From Heterodontus francisci (Eukaryota): 64,000 nucleotides of DNA. This document shows, piece by piece, positions 1-10,882 of this stretch (within the stretch, counting starts at the first letter, position 1; every line of letters begins with the position of its first letter). Position numbers and translations under genes: made by a program. The DNA is taken from assembly GCF_036365525.1 (NCBI RefSeq), contig NC_090375.1:188303233-188367232 (forward strand), given 5' to 3'. The notes beneath the pieces are model-generated. The model was not told the DNA's origin. It made no database searches and saw only the letters and a list, made by a program, of their open reading frames with translations.

Positions 1-111
1 ATTAGCTTATTGCTTACCCCTGATTGGATATATTTGTGCTAAATTATATGAGCGTGAATAGATTCAACCAGTTTTCAAGTGGGCATGAATTCACAGCAGA
101 AAACTTCTCAT

Positions 112-280
112 AAATAAATAACTTGCATTTATATAGCACCTTTCTTGACCTCAGGACATCCTAAGGCACTTTACAGCCAATGAAATATGTGTTGCAGTGA
201 AGTCACTGTTGAAATGCAGAAAAGGCAATAGCCATTTTGCACGCTGGAAGGCTCCACAAGCAGCAATGTGATAATTGACC
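112..280 (-). mobile_element. SacSINE1/Deu-type SINE, 3' fragment
   Basis: Motif acttgcatttatatagcacctttc...cactttacagccaatgaa...gtcactgttg recurs in many copies in the window, e.g. the longer copy at 21968-22440. Confidence 0.7.
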
Positions 281-334
281 GGATTTAAACTTACTAATTG
301 AGGTAGCATCTACTGCTTTTTGTGGGAGAGAACT

Positions 335-620
335 ACACATTTCTACCACCCTTTGCGTGTAAAAGGGTTTCCTAACTTCTCTCTGGCATGGCCAGGCTCT
401 GATTTAATGGTCATGCTCCTTTGTCCTAGAATCCTCTACGAGTGGACAAAGTGTTTCTCTATCTACCCTATCGATTTATTTCAAAAACCTCAATCAAATC
501 ACCCTTCAATCTTCCATATTCCAGGGAATACAAGCCTAGTTTATGCAATTTCTCCTCATAATCTAATCCTTCGTGTCCTGATAGCATTCTGGTGAATCTG
601 AATGGCACTCCTTCCAAGAC
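335..620 (-). mobile_element. Degenerate CR1 LINE 3' fragment
   Basis: Similar to reverse-strand CR1 3' regions elsewhere (ctaccaccct..., tctatctaccctatc, cctcaatcaaatcaccc). Confidence 0.55.
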
Positions 621-637
621 CAGAATGGTGAAACCAG

Positions 638-1295
638 GGCCAGAATTTTACGACCCACCCCCCAGAGTGGGCTAGGAGGTGGCAGGGATGCGGGGGGGGG
701 GGGGGGGGGGTTTAAAATCCTTGAGATGGAGGGGCGCCATGCCCATTGCCTATCCGCTTCTGCTGCTCTTTCACCAGACCACTTAAGGGCCTCTACCCAT
801 CGCTGCTGGTATTTTCCCAGCATTCGATGGGCACTTTGACACCCTAGAAGGCCACCTGATACTGCTGTGGGGGGGGCCTCCTTGCCATCCTGTGCCCGAT
901 GGAGGGACCCGCCCCCCCCCAAGCAGAATAGGCTACCCCTGCTGAAACAACACCCCCGCCCTACACTCCAACCTGCCCACCTGCATTGCCGGGGCTAGCC
1001 AATTTTTCCTAGCGAGGCCTGACCCCACTTACCTTCTCAGAAGCCAACGTCCATGTTCCTCCTCTCTCTGGATGCAGTCCCAGCAGTAGCCATCGCTCCC
1101 AGTGGCGCTGCTGGGATTGGAGAACTCCAGCCCTCTAATTGGCCTGCGGCTCTTGGAGGCGGGACTTCCTGCCTCAGAGGGACAGAAGCCACGACGGCAC
1201 TTAGGTGCCTGAGCCATGCAAAATAGCAGCATGTCTTGCAGGCTCGGCTTTTCATCCTGTGGGCGGGACTACCGCCTCATTGTTAAATTCCAGCC
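638..1295. mobile_element. Non-autonomous DNA transposon (PIF/Harbinger-type MITE)
   Basis: Imperfect TIRs ggccagaatttta...taaattccagcc and 3-bp TSD CAG (635-637 and 1296-1298). GC-rich interior is shared with copies at 6708, 35119, 52781 and 57029. Confidence 0.75.
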
Positions 1296-2149
1296 CAGGA
1301 CTACTTCACATCTGCTGTCAATGCTGTTCTATAGGCAGCTGTGTTTGACAAAGCCAGCTTTATATACCCTTTCCCCAAGCTTGAAGCTGAAAAGCAAATG
1401 CTCAATCTGGCGAAGACTCGCTCAAAACTGGACCAGCCTCTTCTCCTGCTCCTTACGAGAGTCGATCTGAGTCAGAATACCAGCCACGCTTGTGACTCAG
1501 ACACAAGTCTCTCTGAAGTACCAGCATGCTCCTGGGATAAAACCGTGATTAATTGAGCTAACTATAAGTATCCATCAGAAATAATTACATGCAACATTTT
1601 AGAACTGTTTGATCACCAGGAGGTCTTCATTTTATGGGAAGTCGAGATTAAAAACTCTCTGCATACAAGTGGCTTTCTATCCAACTGCGGTATTTATCTC
1701 TTTTTTTCACTTGTGTAACCATTTAACAAAAGGAAAAAAGAAAAATATCTGTTGAAAAATTTTCCAACAGATGTAAAATGCATTCAGTATGATACACAAA
1801 TGTCCAAGAGCATAGAAATGGAAAGGAAATCAGATAAACAATAGCGAGAACTATAAATCCCTTTCAAATAAGAATCCCTTTGTTCGAAGAACATCACAGC
1901 CCCATCTGTGTTAATTTGCTTTCAGTGTTATGAATCCCTTCAAAGACAGCAATGTGGAGTTTGCTTATTTGCTTTTGTTTTATTGGATGGAAGGTTGTGA
2001 TTATAAACAACGTAAATGAATCCATCAAAGAAAACCAGTTGAGTGTTGGAACCCAAACAATGTTAACTCCCAGGTGAGTTCATTTGCCTCTGGGACAAAT
2101 TGATTGAACTAAACATGGCCTCTCTGCATGCACATTTACCCACGTGCTC

Positions 2150-2460
2150 ATATCTTATACCTGCGTTCAAATAATTCTGGCCTCTTGAGCATCCCTGATT
2201 TAAATCGCTTCACCATTGGTGACCATGCCTTCAGCTGCCTAGGCCATTAATTCTGCAATTCCCTCCCTAAACCTCTCTCCCTCTCTTTCCTCATTTAAGA
2301 CACTCCTTAAAAGTTACCTCTTTGACTAAGCTTTTGACCGTCGGCCCTATTATCACCTTTTGTGGATCGGTGCCAAATTTTGCTTTATTACGCTCTTGTG
2401 ACGCACCTAGGGATGATTTATTTTGTTAAAGGCGCTATATAAATACAGGTTGATGTTGTT
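2150..2460 (+). mobile_element. L2-type LINE 3' end
   Basis: gccttcagctgcctaggcc...attccctccctaaacctc...aaaggcgctatataaatacaggttgatgttgtt tail; reverse complement of the coding L2 copies at 31113 and 54379. Confidence 0.75.
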
Positions 2461-2621
2461 ATGCTGGTTTACTGTTGCTAGGTGTCGTCAGATAATTGAT
2501 GCCTTGAATACTTGGGGCTGAGAAAGAGAAGAGACTCTGAAAATGTAGTCATTTGCCAACAATACTAACTTGCATTTCTGTAACTCCTTTAATACAAAAG
2601 GTGCTCAAGGCATTTCATAAC

Positions 2622-3190
2622 AAGAAAGAAGTTGCATTTATATAACACCGTTCACAACCTCAAGACATCCGAAAATGCTTCATAGCCAATGACGTATATT
2701 TTAAGTGCAGTTACTGATGTAAAATTATAATTGTGACAACATTTCAAAAGCACTTCATTGGCCGTAAAATACTTTGGGAGGTTGTAAAAGGCACTATATA
2801 AATCCAAGTTCTTTCTTTTCTTTTATATGGGTAGGTGTGGCAACCAATTTGAGCACAGCAAGGCATCATAAAAAGCAATGATGTAAATAACCAGATATTC
2901 TGTTCTTGATGATATTAGTTGAGGGATAAATGTTGGCTAAGACACTGAAAGAATTCCTGTGTTTGTCTTCAAACAGTGCGATGGGATCTTTTACATCCAT
3001 GTGAACTAGCAAACAGGGCCTCCAACGTAATACCTCATCCTAAAGGTAGCACCTCTGACAGTGCAGTGCACCATTAGTACTGCATTGAAGTATCAGACTA
3101 GATTAAATTCCAAGTCTCTGGAGTGGGCCTTTAATCCATGGCCTTCATGACTCAAGTTTGACAGTGCTACCACTGAGCCAACATTCACAC
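2622..3190 (-). mobile_element. SacSINE1/Deu-type SINE (with a short inverted fragment at ~2728-2822)
   Basis: Contains Deu-like core (gggatcttttacatcc, gcacctctgacagtgcag) and tRNA-like head (gtgctaccactgagcca). Confidence 0.7.
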
Positions 3191-3319
3191 TGGGAATAAT
3201 TAGAACACTGGATATCAACCAATTGATTCTGGCCTTAGCACATCCCCGATTTCCTTTGTTCCACCATTGGTGGTCATGCCTTCAGCTGCCTAAGCCCTAA
3301 GCTCTGGAATTGCTCCCTA

Positions 3320-3654
3320 GGGGTGGCACAGTGGTTAGCACCGCAGCCTCACAGCTCCAGCAACCCGTGTTCAATTCTGGGTAGTGTCTGTGCGGAGTTT
3401 GCAAGTTCTCCTTAAGACCGCGTGGGTTTTCGCGGGGTGCTCCAGTTTTCTCCCAAGCCAAAGACTTGCAGGTTGATAGGTAAATTGGCCATTATAAATT
3501 GCCCCTAGTATAGGTAGGTGGTAGGGGAAGGTGGGGACGTGGTAGGAATATGGGATTAGTGTAGGATTAGTATAAATGGGTGGTTGATGGTCAGCACAGA
3601 CTCAGTGGGCCGAAGGGCCTGTTTCAGTGCTGTATCTCTAAATAAATAAATAAA
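3320..3654 (+). mobile_element. HE1-type tRNA-derived V-SINE
   Basis: A-box tggcacagtggttagc, B-box-like gttcaattc, V-domain-like gtctgtgcggagtttgca...gtgggttt, CR1-like tail gggccgaagggcctgtttcagtgctgt and (TAAA)n end. Confidence 0.85.
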
Positions 3655-3706
3655 ACTCTCTTCCTCACTTTCATCCTTCAAAAACTACCTCTTTGGCCAA
3701 ACTTTG

Positions 3707-4150
3707 AGAGTGTGCAGAGGAGATTTACCAGAATGATTCCAGGGATGGGGGATTTTAGTTATAAGGTTAGGTTGGAAAAGCTGGGGTTGTTCTCCCTGGA
3801 GCAAAGGGTGTTGAGGGGAGATTTGATAGAGGATAGAGAGATAGAGGTTATGACAGGCTTAGATAAGTTAGACAAGGAAAAACTGTTCCCATTAACTGAT
3901 GGTACAAGGACTAGGGGATACAGATTGAAGGTTTAGGGCAAGAAATGCGGGGGGTATGTGAAGAAAAACTTTTTTTACGCAGTGAATGGTAATGACCTGG
4001 AACTCGCTGCCCACGAGGATGGTGGAAGCAGAAACAGTCAATGATTTCAAAAAGAAATACATTTTCAGGGCTATGGGAAATTGAGACTGACTGGATTGCT
4101 CAGCAGTGAGCCAAATGGCCTCCATCTATGCCCTAAATGACTCTATGACC
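3707..4150 (+). mobile_element. CR1 LINE 3' fragment
   Basis: ORF 3712-3936 QRRFTRMIPGM..Y..RLEKLGLFSLEQR.LRGDLIE is the CR1 ORF2 C-terminus, followed by the CR1 3' UTR. Confidence 0.9.
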
Positions 4151-4559
4151 TATCTTAATATCTCTTTATGAGGCTCAGCGGCAAATCTTTGTGTGTTAAT
4201 GCTCCTGTGAAGCACCTTGGGACATTTTACTATGTTAAAGGTGCTATATAAATGCAAATTGTTGAAAGAAGTGGTCTCGGCAATGAGAAGGATTTGGAGT
4301 TTCAAGCTCAGTTCAGGGCCGAAGATGACACTGAGGTTAAAATAATGCTGTTCTGGGCTGTACCATTTGATGAGGGGGATACACTATCATTCTTCTCCCA
4401 GAATAGCTAACCAAGTTTAGAGTGTGAATAGCTGAGCAATGGAGATCAGGAAGGTCCAATGCTTGATGCCCAGTCTGGTATTGATTATTGAGGCTCACAC
4501 ATGAATAACCATGACTTGGACACCAAACCAAAGGACAACCAGCAAGGAGTCCACACCTG

Positions 4560-4795
4560 AAGGACAGAAAAACCTGAGATTTTACAGCACCTTTCACAAC
4601 CCCAGGACATCCCAAAGCAGTTTAAAGTCAAATCTCCGGAGTAATAAGAGTGCTACCAACTGACCACAGCTGACACTTGCAGTGCAAAAGACTTGCAGTT
4701 CGACAGCACTTTCAAGACTACAGGACATCCCAAAGCACTTTACAGCCAATGAAGTGCTTTTGAAGTGTAGTCACTGTTGTAATGTAAGAAAATGA
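4560..4795 (-). mobile_element. SacSINE1/Deu-type SINE fragments
   Basis: Two copies of caggacatcccaaagca plus tttacagccaatgaagtgcttttgaagtgtagtcactgttg. Confidence 0.6.
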
Positions 4796-5949
4796 GAGGG
4801 AATAAAGATTGTCTCTCACAACTTGAAAACGTGCTCTGGGCATTCCTGTAGGCATCGAGAATTATAAGCCAAGATGTGTTCAATGTGTTCTTCAGCAGCG
4901 GAAGGAATGCACAGCCCCCCAGGTAACTCGCCCATCCAACTGTTCACACACCAGCTGCTCCACATGTGGTAGAGTCTGCAGTTTGTGCATTGGACTCACT
5001 ACCCATGTTAGAACTCAGTGAATTGGAGTGGAAGCAAGACATCCTCACTCCTGAGGGGCTGCCTAAGAAGAAGAAGAAAACATTATTGTAAACAATCCCA
5101 TTCTTTTGGAAAATCTTCCAATATTTGTGTGAGATCAGGACATTATGTTAAGTTGTGCCAGAGTACTTCTTATAGACTAAGCTAAAACAATTATCCAAGT
5201 GAGTGCACTCTCCAGTATGGTGGACTGGAGGCATTCCTTCATTCTGGTGGAGCATTCTAAAATGTGGGCTACATCTCTATAGGAGGTGATCCCTCAATCA
5301 GAGGTGAGATAGGGAAATGAGAAATATTGATTCTTTTGCCAGATGTTCAATAGTTTAATAGCAGATATTTTGATTTTTACATGAAAGTGCTACATTGCTG
5401 TATTGTAACCATGGAGGCTGAACAACATTTATTTTAATTTAAAAAGAATTGATTGTGACCTATGCAGTCTTTAACACAGTAGATATGGCATTCACTCTAT
5501 AACTCTGACCTCATTTACTTTGGGAGATCGAATTCAGCTTGATCTGTCGATCTGAAATTAATCTGTTCTTCCCAGCAGGTGCTCTCCACTCAGTCCTACG
5601 TGGTGGGCAAAATTGCATTGGGAGATCTCTCTGTCACTTTATTTTTTGTTTCATTGAAGTCTTGCGTGGTTAACAACAATGTTGAACAACATGGGATTAT
5701 CATAGTTCTACAGAATAATCATTGCACAATCTTGGCATTCAAAAAAAGTGGACCATAAAAGCTACACCACAGTTAGTCACATGTATGCTTTTTGGCAATT
5801 TCCTCTGTTACAGGTCTTCCTGTGTCACATACCATCCTGAACAGTGTCTGGGCCTCAGAAGAAAAAAAAGGAAGACTTGCATTTATATGGCATGCTTCAC
5901 AACCACAGAACAGCAAGTGAAGCATTTTTCAAGTGTAGTCAGTGTGATT

Positions 5950-6385
5950 GGTGTCAGTTGGTAGCTCTTCTACCTTTAACTCAGAATGTTATGGGCTCAA
6001 TTTACATTCCAGGACTTCAACATAAAAATCTAGGCTGACAGTGCAGTATTGAGGGAGTGCTGCACTATTGGAGGTGCTGTCTTTTGGGTGAGACATTATA
6101 CTGAGGTCCTGTCTGCCCTCTCAGTTGGATGTAAAAGATCCAATGGCACTATTTCGAAGAAGAGCAGGGGAGTTATCCCTGGTATCTTGGCCAATGTTTA
6201 TAGCTTAATTAAAATCACGCCATCAGGTTATCTGGTCATCATTACATTGCTGTTTGTAGGAACTTGCTGTGTGCAAATTGACAACTGCATTTCCTACATT
6301 ACACCAGTGACTACACTTCAAAAGTACTTCATTGGCTGTAAAGCACTTTGGGATATCTGGTGGTCATGAAAGATGCTATATAAAT
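5950..6385 (+). mobile_element. SacSINE1/Deu-type SINE, near full length
   Basis: tRNA-like head, core gtgcagtattgagggagtgctgcact...ggatgtaaaagatcc, and tail ...gctatataaat. Confidence 0.8.
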
Positions 6386-6387
6386 CT

Positions 6388-7800
6388 GGGCATGGTTACA
6401 GCACAGAAGGAGGCCATTCGACACTTCGTGTCTGTGCCATCTCTCCGCCAGAGCAACTCAGCTCGTCCCACTCCCCTGCCCTTTCCCTGTAGCCCGCAAA
6501 TGTTTTGTCTTCAGGTGCTTATCCAATTCCCTTTTGAAAGCCATGATTGAATCTTCCTCTGCTACACTCTCAGGCAGTGCATTCTAGATCCTGACCACTT
6601 GCTGCATAAAAAGGTTTTCCCTCATGTTGCTGTTGCTTTTTTTGCCAATCACCTTAAATCAGTGTGTCTGCTTCTTGACTGTTCGGCCAATGGGAACAGC
6701 TTCTCTGGACTGAATTTTTCATGCCCATTGGCAAAGAGCTGGGAGGTGGGAGGGCTAGCAAAATGACGGGGAAGGCATGGGAGGGGAGCTGGATGTCTTC
6801 CCACCACATGCTATATTGCCAATGGTGGGAAAGTTGATTTGCCCATGTTGGGAGGACCCTCTGCTGCCTGGGGAGACCACCCAGTGAGTGGAGGGGGCCT
6901 ACTTTATGGGTACTCCATGGCCTGTGGCGGGGCCCCCCGGCTACCCTTGCAGCAATGGCACTGCTGGTGCTCCACGACCACCGTCCTCTGATCACCCCAG
7001 CTTCCCCCAACTTACCTCAACTCTCTTCCAGGGTGTCCCAACATTGAGGTGCCCTCTCGCTGGAGCTGCAGCCTCAGCAATGGCCACTGCTAGTGTGGCA
7101 CTGCTGAGGTTGCTGAGCTGCTGGCCCTCTGATTGGGCCAGCATTTCTTGGGGGTGGGCCACCGCCCTTAACTGGCTGCCGCCAACAATATGCCACCCGA
7201 TGCCCTGCCACCTGCCAAAGCAGGGTCGCTTCCTGCTTTTGGCCCCAGCAGCGGGACTTGCAGCAAAATTCAGCCCTGTCTATCTACTCTGCCTCGACCG
7301 CTCATGATTTTGAACACCTCTATCAAATCTCCTCTCAACCTTTTTTCTAAGGAGAACAACCCCTGCTTCTCCAATCTACCCACATAACTGAAGTCCCTTA
7401 TCCCTGGAACCATTCTCATCAATCTTTTCTGCACCCTCTCTAAAGCCTTCATGTTCTTCCTAAAGTGAGGTGCCCAGAATTGGACACAATACTCTAGTTG
7501 AGGCCGAACCAGTGTTTTATAAAGGTTTGTCATAGCTTCCTTGCTTTTGTACTCTGTGCCTCTATTTATAAAACCCAGGAACCCATATGCCTTTTTAACC
7601 ATTTTCTCAACCTGCCCTGCCACTTTCAACCATTTGTGCACATAAAGCCCCCGTACTCTCTGTTCCCGCACCCGCTTTAGAATCGTACCTTGTGTTTTAT
7701 ATTGCCTCTCCTCACTCTTCCTACCAAAGTGTATCACTTCATACTTCTCTGCATTAAATTTCATCTGCCTTGTGTTCACCCATCCCACCAGCCTGTCTAT
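6388..7800 (-). mobile_element. CR1 LINE 3' part, split by a MITE
   Basis: ORF 7270-7788 QMKFNAEKYEVIHFG...LYKTLVRPQLEYCVQFWAPHFRK; CR1 3' UTR at 6388-6700. Confidence 0.9.
6708..7275. mobile_element. PIF/Harbinger-type MITE inserted in CR1
   Basis: TIRs gactgaattttt...aaaattcagcc with 3-bp TSD CTG (6705-6707 and 7276-7278). Removing it rejoins the CR1 sequence. Confidence 0.75.
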
Positions 7801-7824
7801 GCAACTCTTCCTTTCTTTCTTGCA

Positions 7825-9330
7825 AGGTAGGAAACACGACAGCCTATTAGTGTACAGAAAGTTCCCACAAACAGCAATGGGATAAAGATCAGATAATCTG
7901 TTTTTGTGATGTTGATTGAGGAATAAAGATTGGTCAGGACACTGGGGAGAACGCCCCAGCTCTTCTTCAAAATAATGCCATGGGATTTTTTATGTCCACT
8001 TGAGAGTGCAGACAGGGCCTTGGTTCACTTTGACAAGGTCCCACATGGGAGACTTATCAAGAAAGCAAATGCACATGGGATACAGGGAAACTTGATAAGG
8101 TGGATTCAAAATTGGCTTAGCTGTAGGAGACAGAGAGAGTGATGACAGACGACTGTTTTAGTAACTGGAAGCCGGTGTCCAGTGGTGTACCACAGGGATC
8201 TGTGCTGGGTCCCCTATATAAACGACATAGATGACTATGTGGGGGGGTAGGATCAGTATGTTCGTGGATGACACAAAGATTGGCCGAGTGGTTAACAGTG
8301 AGGTTGAGTGTCTTGGGTTACAGGAAGATATAGACGGGATGGTCAAATGGGCAGAAAAGTGGCAGATGGAATTTAACCCTGAAAAGTGTGAGGTGATACA
8401 CTTTGGAAGGAGTAATGTGACATGGAAGTATTCAATGAATGGCCTGACACTGGGAAGTTCCGAGGAACAAAGGGACCTTGCATGTTTGTCCATAGATCCC
8501 TGAAGGCAGAAGCGCAGATAAATAGGGTGGTGAAAAAGGCATATGGGACACTTGCATTTATCAATCAAGGCATAGACTACAAAAGCAGGGAGGTCATGTT
8601 GGAGTTGTATAGAACTTTGGTAAGGCCACAGCTGGAGTACTGTGTGCAACTCTGGTTGCCACATTATAGGAAGGATGTGATTGCACTGGAGGGGGTGCAG
8701 AGGCGATTCACCAGGATGGTGCCTGGGATGGAACATTTAAGCTATGAAGAGAGGTTGGATAGGCTTGGGTTGTTTTCACTGGAGCAGAGAAGACTGAGGG
8801 GTGACCTGATCGAGGTGTACAAGATTATGAGGGGCATGGACAGGGTGGATAGGGAGCAGCTTAGTTGAAGGGTCAGTTACGAGGGGTCACAAGTTTAAGG
8901 TGAGGGGCAGGAGGTTTAAGGGGAATTTCAGGAATTCTATATAACCGTTTTTTACCCAGAGGGTGGTGACAGTCTGGAATGCACTGCCTGGGAGGGTGGT
9001 AGAGGCGGGTTGCCTCACATCCTTTAAAAAGTACCTGGATGAGCACTTGGCACGTCATAACATTTAAGGCTATGGGCCAAGTGCTGGCAAATGGGATTAG
9101 GTAGACAGGTCAGGTATCTTTAATGCATCAGTGCAGACTCGATGGGCCTCTTCTGCACTGTATTATTCTGTGATTCTATGATTCACTGTATCATCCAAAA
9201 GACAGCACCTCTGACAGTGCAGCACTCCCTCAGTACCAGACTTGATTTTTGTACTCAAGTGCTGGATGGGGATTTAAATCCACAATGTTCAAAGTCAGAG
9301 GCGAGTGCTACTAACTGAGCCACAGCTGAT
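7825..9330 (-). mobile_element. SacSINE1/Deu-type SINE split by a CR1 insertion
   Basis: SINE pieces at 7825-8026 and 9184-9330 are collinear with the copy at 21968-22440. Confidence 0.7.
8027..9183 (+). mobile_element. CR1 LINE ORF2 fragment (RT and C-terminus), frameshifted
   Basis: FDKVPHGRL, GVPQGSVLGP, MFVDDTK, WQMEFNPEKC, LVRPQLEYCVQ; ends in an (ATTCT)-type CR1 tail. Confidence 0.95.
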
Positions 9331-10312
9331 ACTCAAGGCCTGCTCTCAAGGTTCCACGATAGCTACTGTGAAATCAGCTACTAAACCATTCTCCACCAAT
9401 TATACGAATGGCCTCCTTCTGTTCTGTAATGACTCCATGAATCTATGACCTCTGATTTACTGTCCATTGCAAAGGGACGAGACTTAATATTGATTTCTGT
9501 TACATCATGGCTGAGATCAGTAATTTTCCGTTAGGAAAACGGTTGTAAATTTCATTGTGGGGCCCATTACATTTCCAGTGTGCGACATGCTGCTATTGTC
9601 CTGGCTAGATGCTTCAAGTACATTGTAATTCCAAAGTCAAAGATGCACGCACCAAACAATAACTACTTTGTGGAATTACACACGCCGTCATAGTACACAG
9701 ATTGATACAGTGTTTGTAGGGAAATGGTGTTAGTCGCCTAGAATACGATGTAATTCTCTAACCTAATTCACACTCTGATTCATCAAGCCTAACACAGGAC
9801 TAACAAGATTTCCTGCCAGACTCCTTGCATAGAACTAATTGAAATCTATTGCATTTGGAAGCAGGGAGGTTGGGTTGTTTCCAAACCATCACCACAGTCA
9901 TTGAGACCCATCTGCTGGGTAGTCAGAACTTGAGGCATACACATGCCAGTCCAAACTGGCAGCTGGACAGGCCAACTGAAATGCCAGCCTCTCCTCTTCT
10001 CTTGCCTACCACCGCCTCCCCTGTTGCAGCCCCAATGTTGGCCTTACTGCATTTGCTGGAATAAAATAGCAAAGCCAAGCAGAAAGTACTTTCAGCTTTA
10101 TCATCTAGCTGCTTCAGTGTCGATCAGCTCAGTCTCAGACCGTACTACAATCAGTCTTTATAGGGCCAATTTTAACTTTTGGCTGAAGCGTAAAACAAGT
10201 CGCCTGTTATACAACCTGCCTGATTTTCCTTCCCATTGACGTTAGGCACGGTTATATAGAATTTACAGGCCTTTTGGCCCAACAGGTCCATTCCAGTCTT
10301 TATGCTCCATAC

Positions 10313-10550
10313 TGTTGTGGTATTACTGTAAGGGGCCTATCTGAAACAGCTGTCCATCACCAGACAGGATGTGATGTACAGACCAATGTGATCTCTAAGC
10401 AGTCATTGGAAGCAGCTCCAGAGATAAGATGTGTTACCCTGCCTTCCTAGTATTGCTGTATGTAAATTAGCATCTTCAATAAAAGAACCCACCTTTTAGA
10501 TTCACCAATCTTGTCTATGTGATTGGCATGTTTGTGTTTGACAAGTTAGA
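10313..10550 (+). mobile_element. Short solo LTR (Gypsy-like)
   Basis: Begins TGTTGTGG, has AATAAA at ~10478, is ~240 bp, and interrupts a CR1. The 3' end is obscured by the adjacent SINE. Confidence 0.5.
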
Positions 10551-10882
10551 CAGTGGCGCAGTGGTTAGCAACGCAGCCTCACAGCTCCAGCGACCCGGGT
10601 TCAGTTCTGGGTACTGTCCGTGCGGAGTTTGCAAGTTCTCCCTGTGTCTGCGTGGGTTTCTGCCGGGTGCTCTGGTTTCCTCCCACATGCCAAAGACTTG
10701 CAGGTTGATAGGTAAATTGACCATTGTAGATTGCCCCTCGTGTAGGTAGGTGGTAGGGGAATGGTGGGGATGTAGTAGAGAGTATGGGGTTAATGTAGGA
10801 TTAGTATAAATGGGTGGTTGTTGGTCGGCACAGACTCAGTGGGCCGAAGGGCCTGTTTCAGTGCTGCATCTCTAAGTAAATA
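10551..10882 (+). mobile_element. HE1-type tRNA-derived V-SINE
   Basis: Highly similar to 3320-3654 (gtggcgcagtggttagc...gggccgaagggcctgtttcagtgctg). Confidence 0.85.

Larger units (their letters stand above)
3225..4265 (+). mobile_element. L2 3' end interrupted by a HE1-type SINE and a CR1 fragment
   Basis: L2 pieces at 3225-3319, 3655-3705 and 4150-4265 are collinear with the intact L2 tail at 2150-2460. Confidence 0.7.

Noticed and set aside
3320-3400. tRNA genes at SINE heads (also 10551, 14680, 16281, 62790)
   Set aside because: A/B boxes continue into SINE bodies and LINE-derived tails; no complete cloverleaf.
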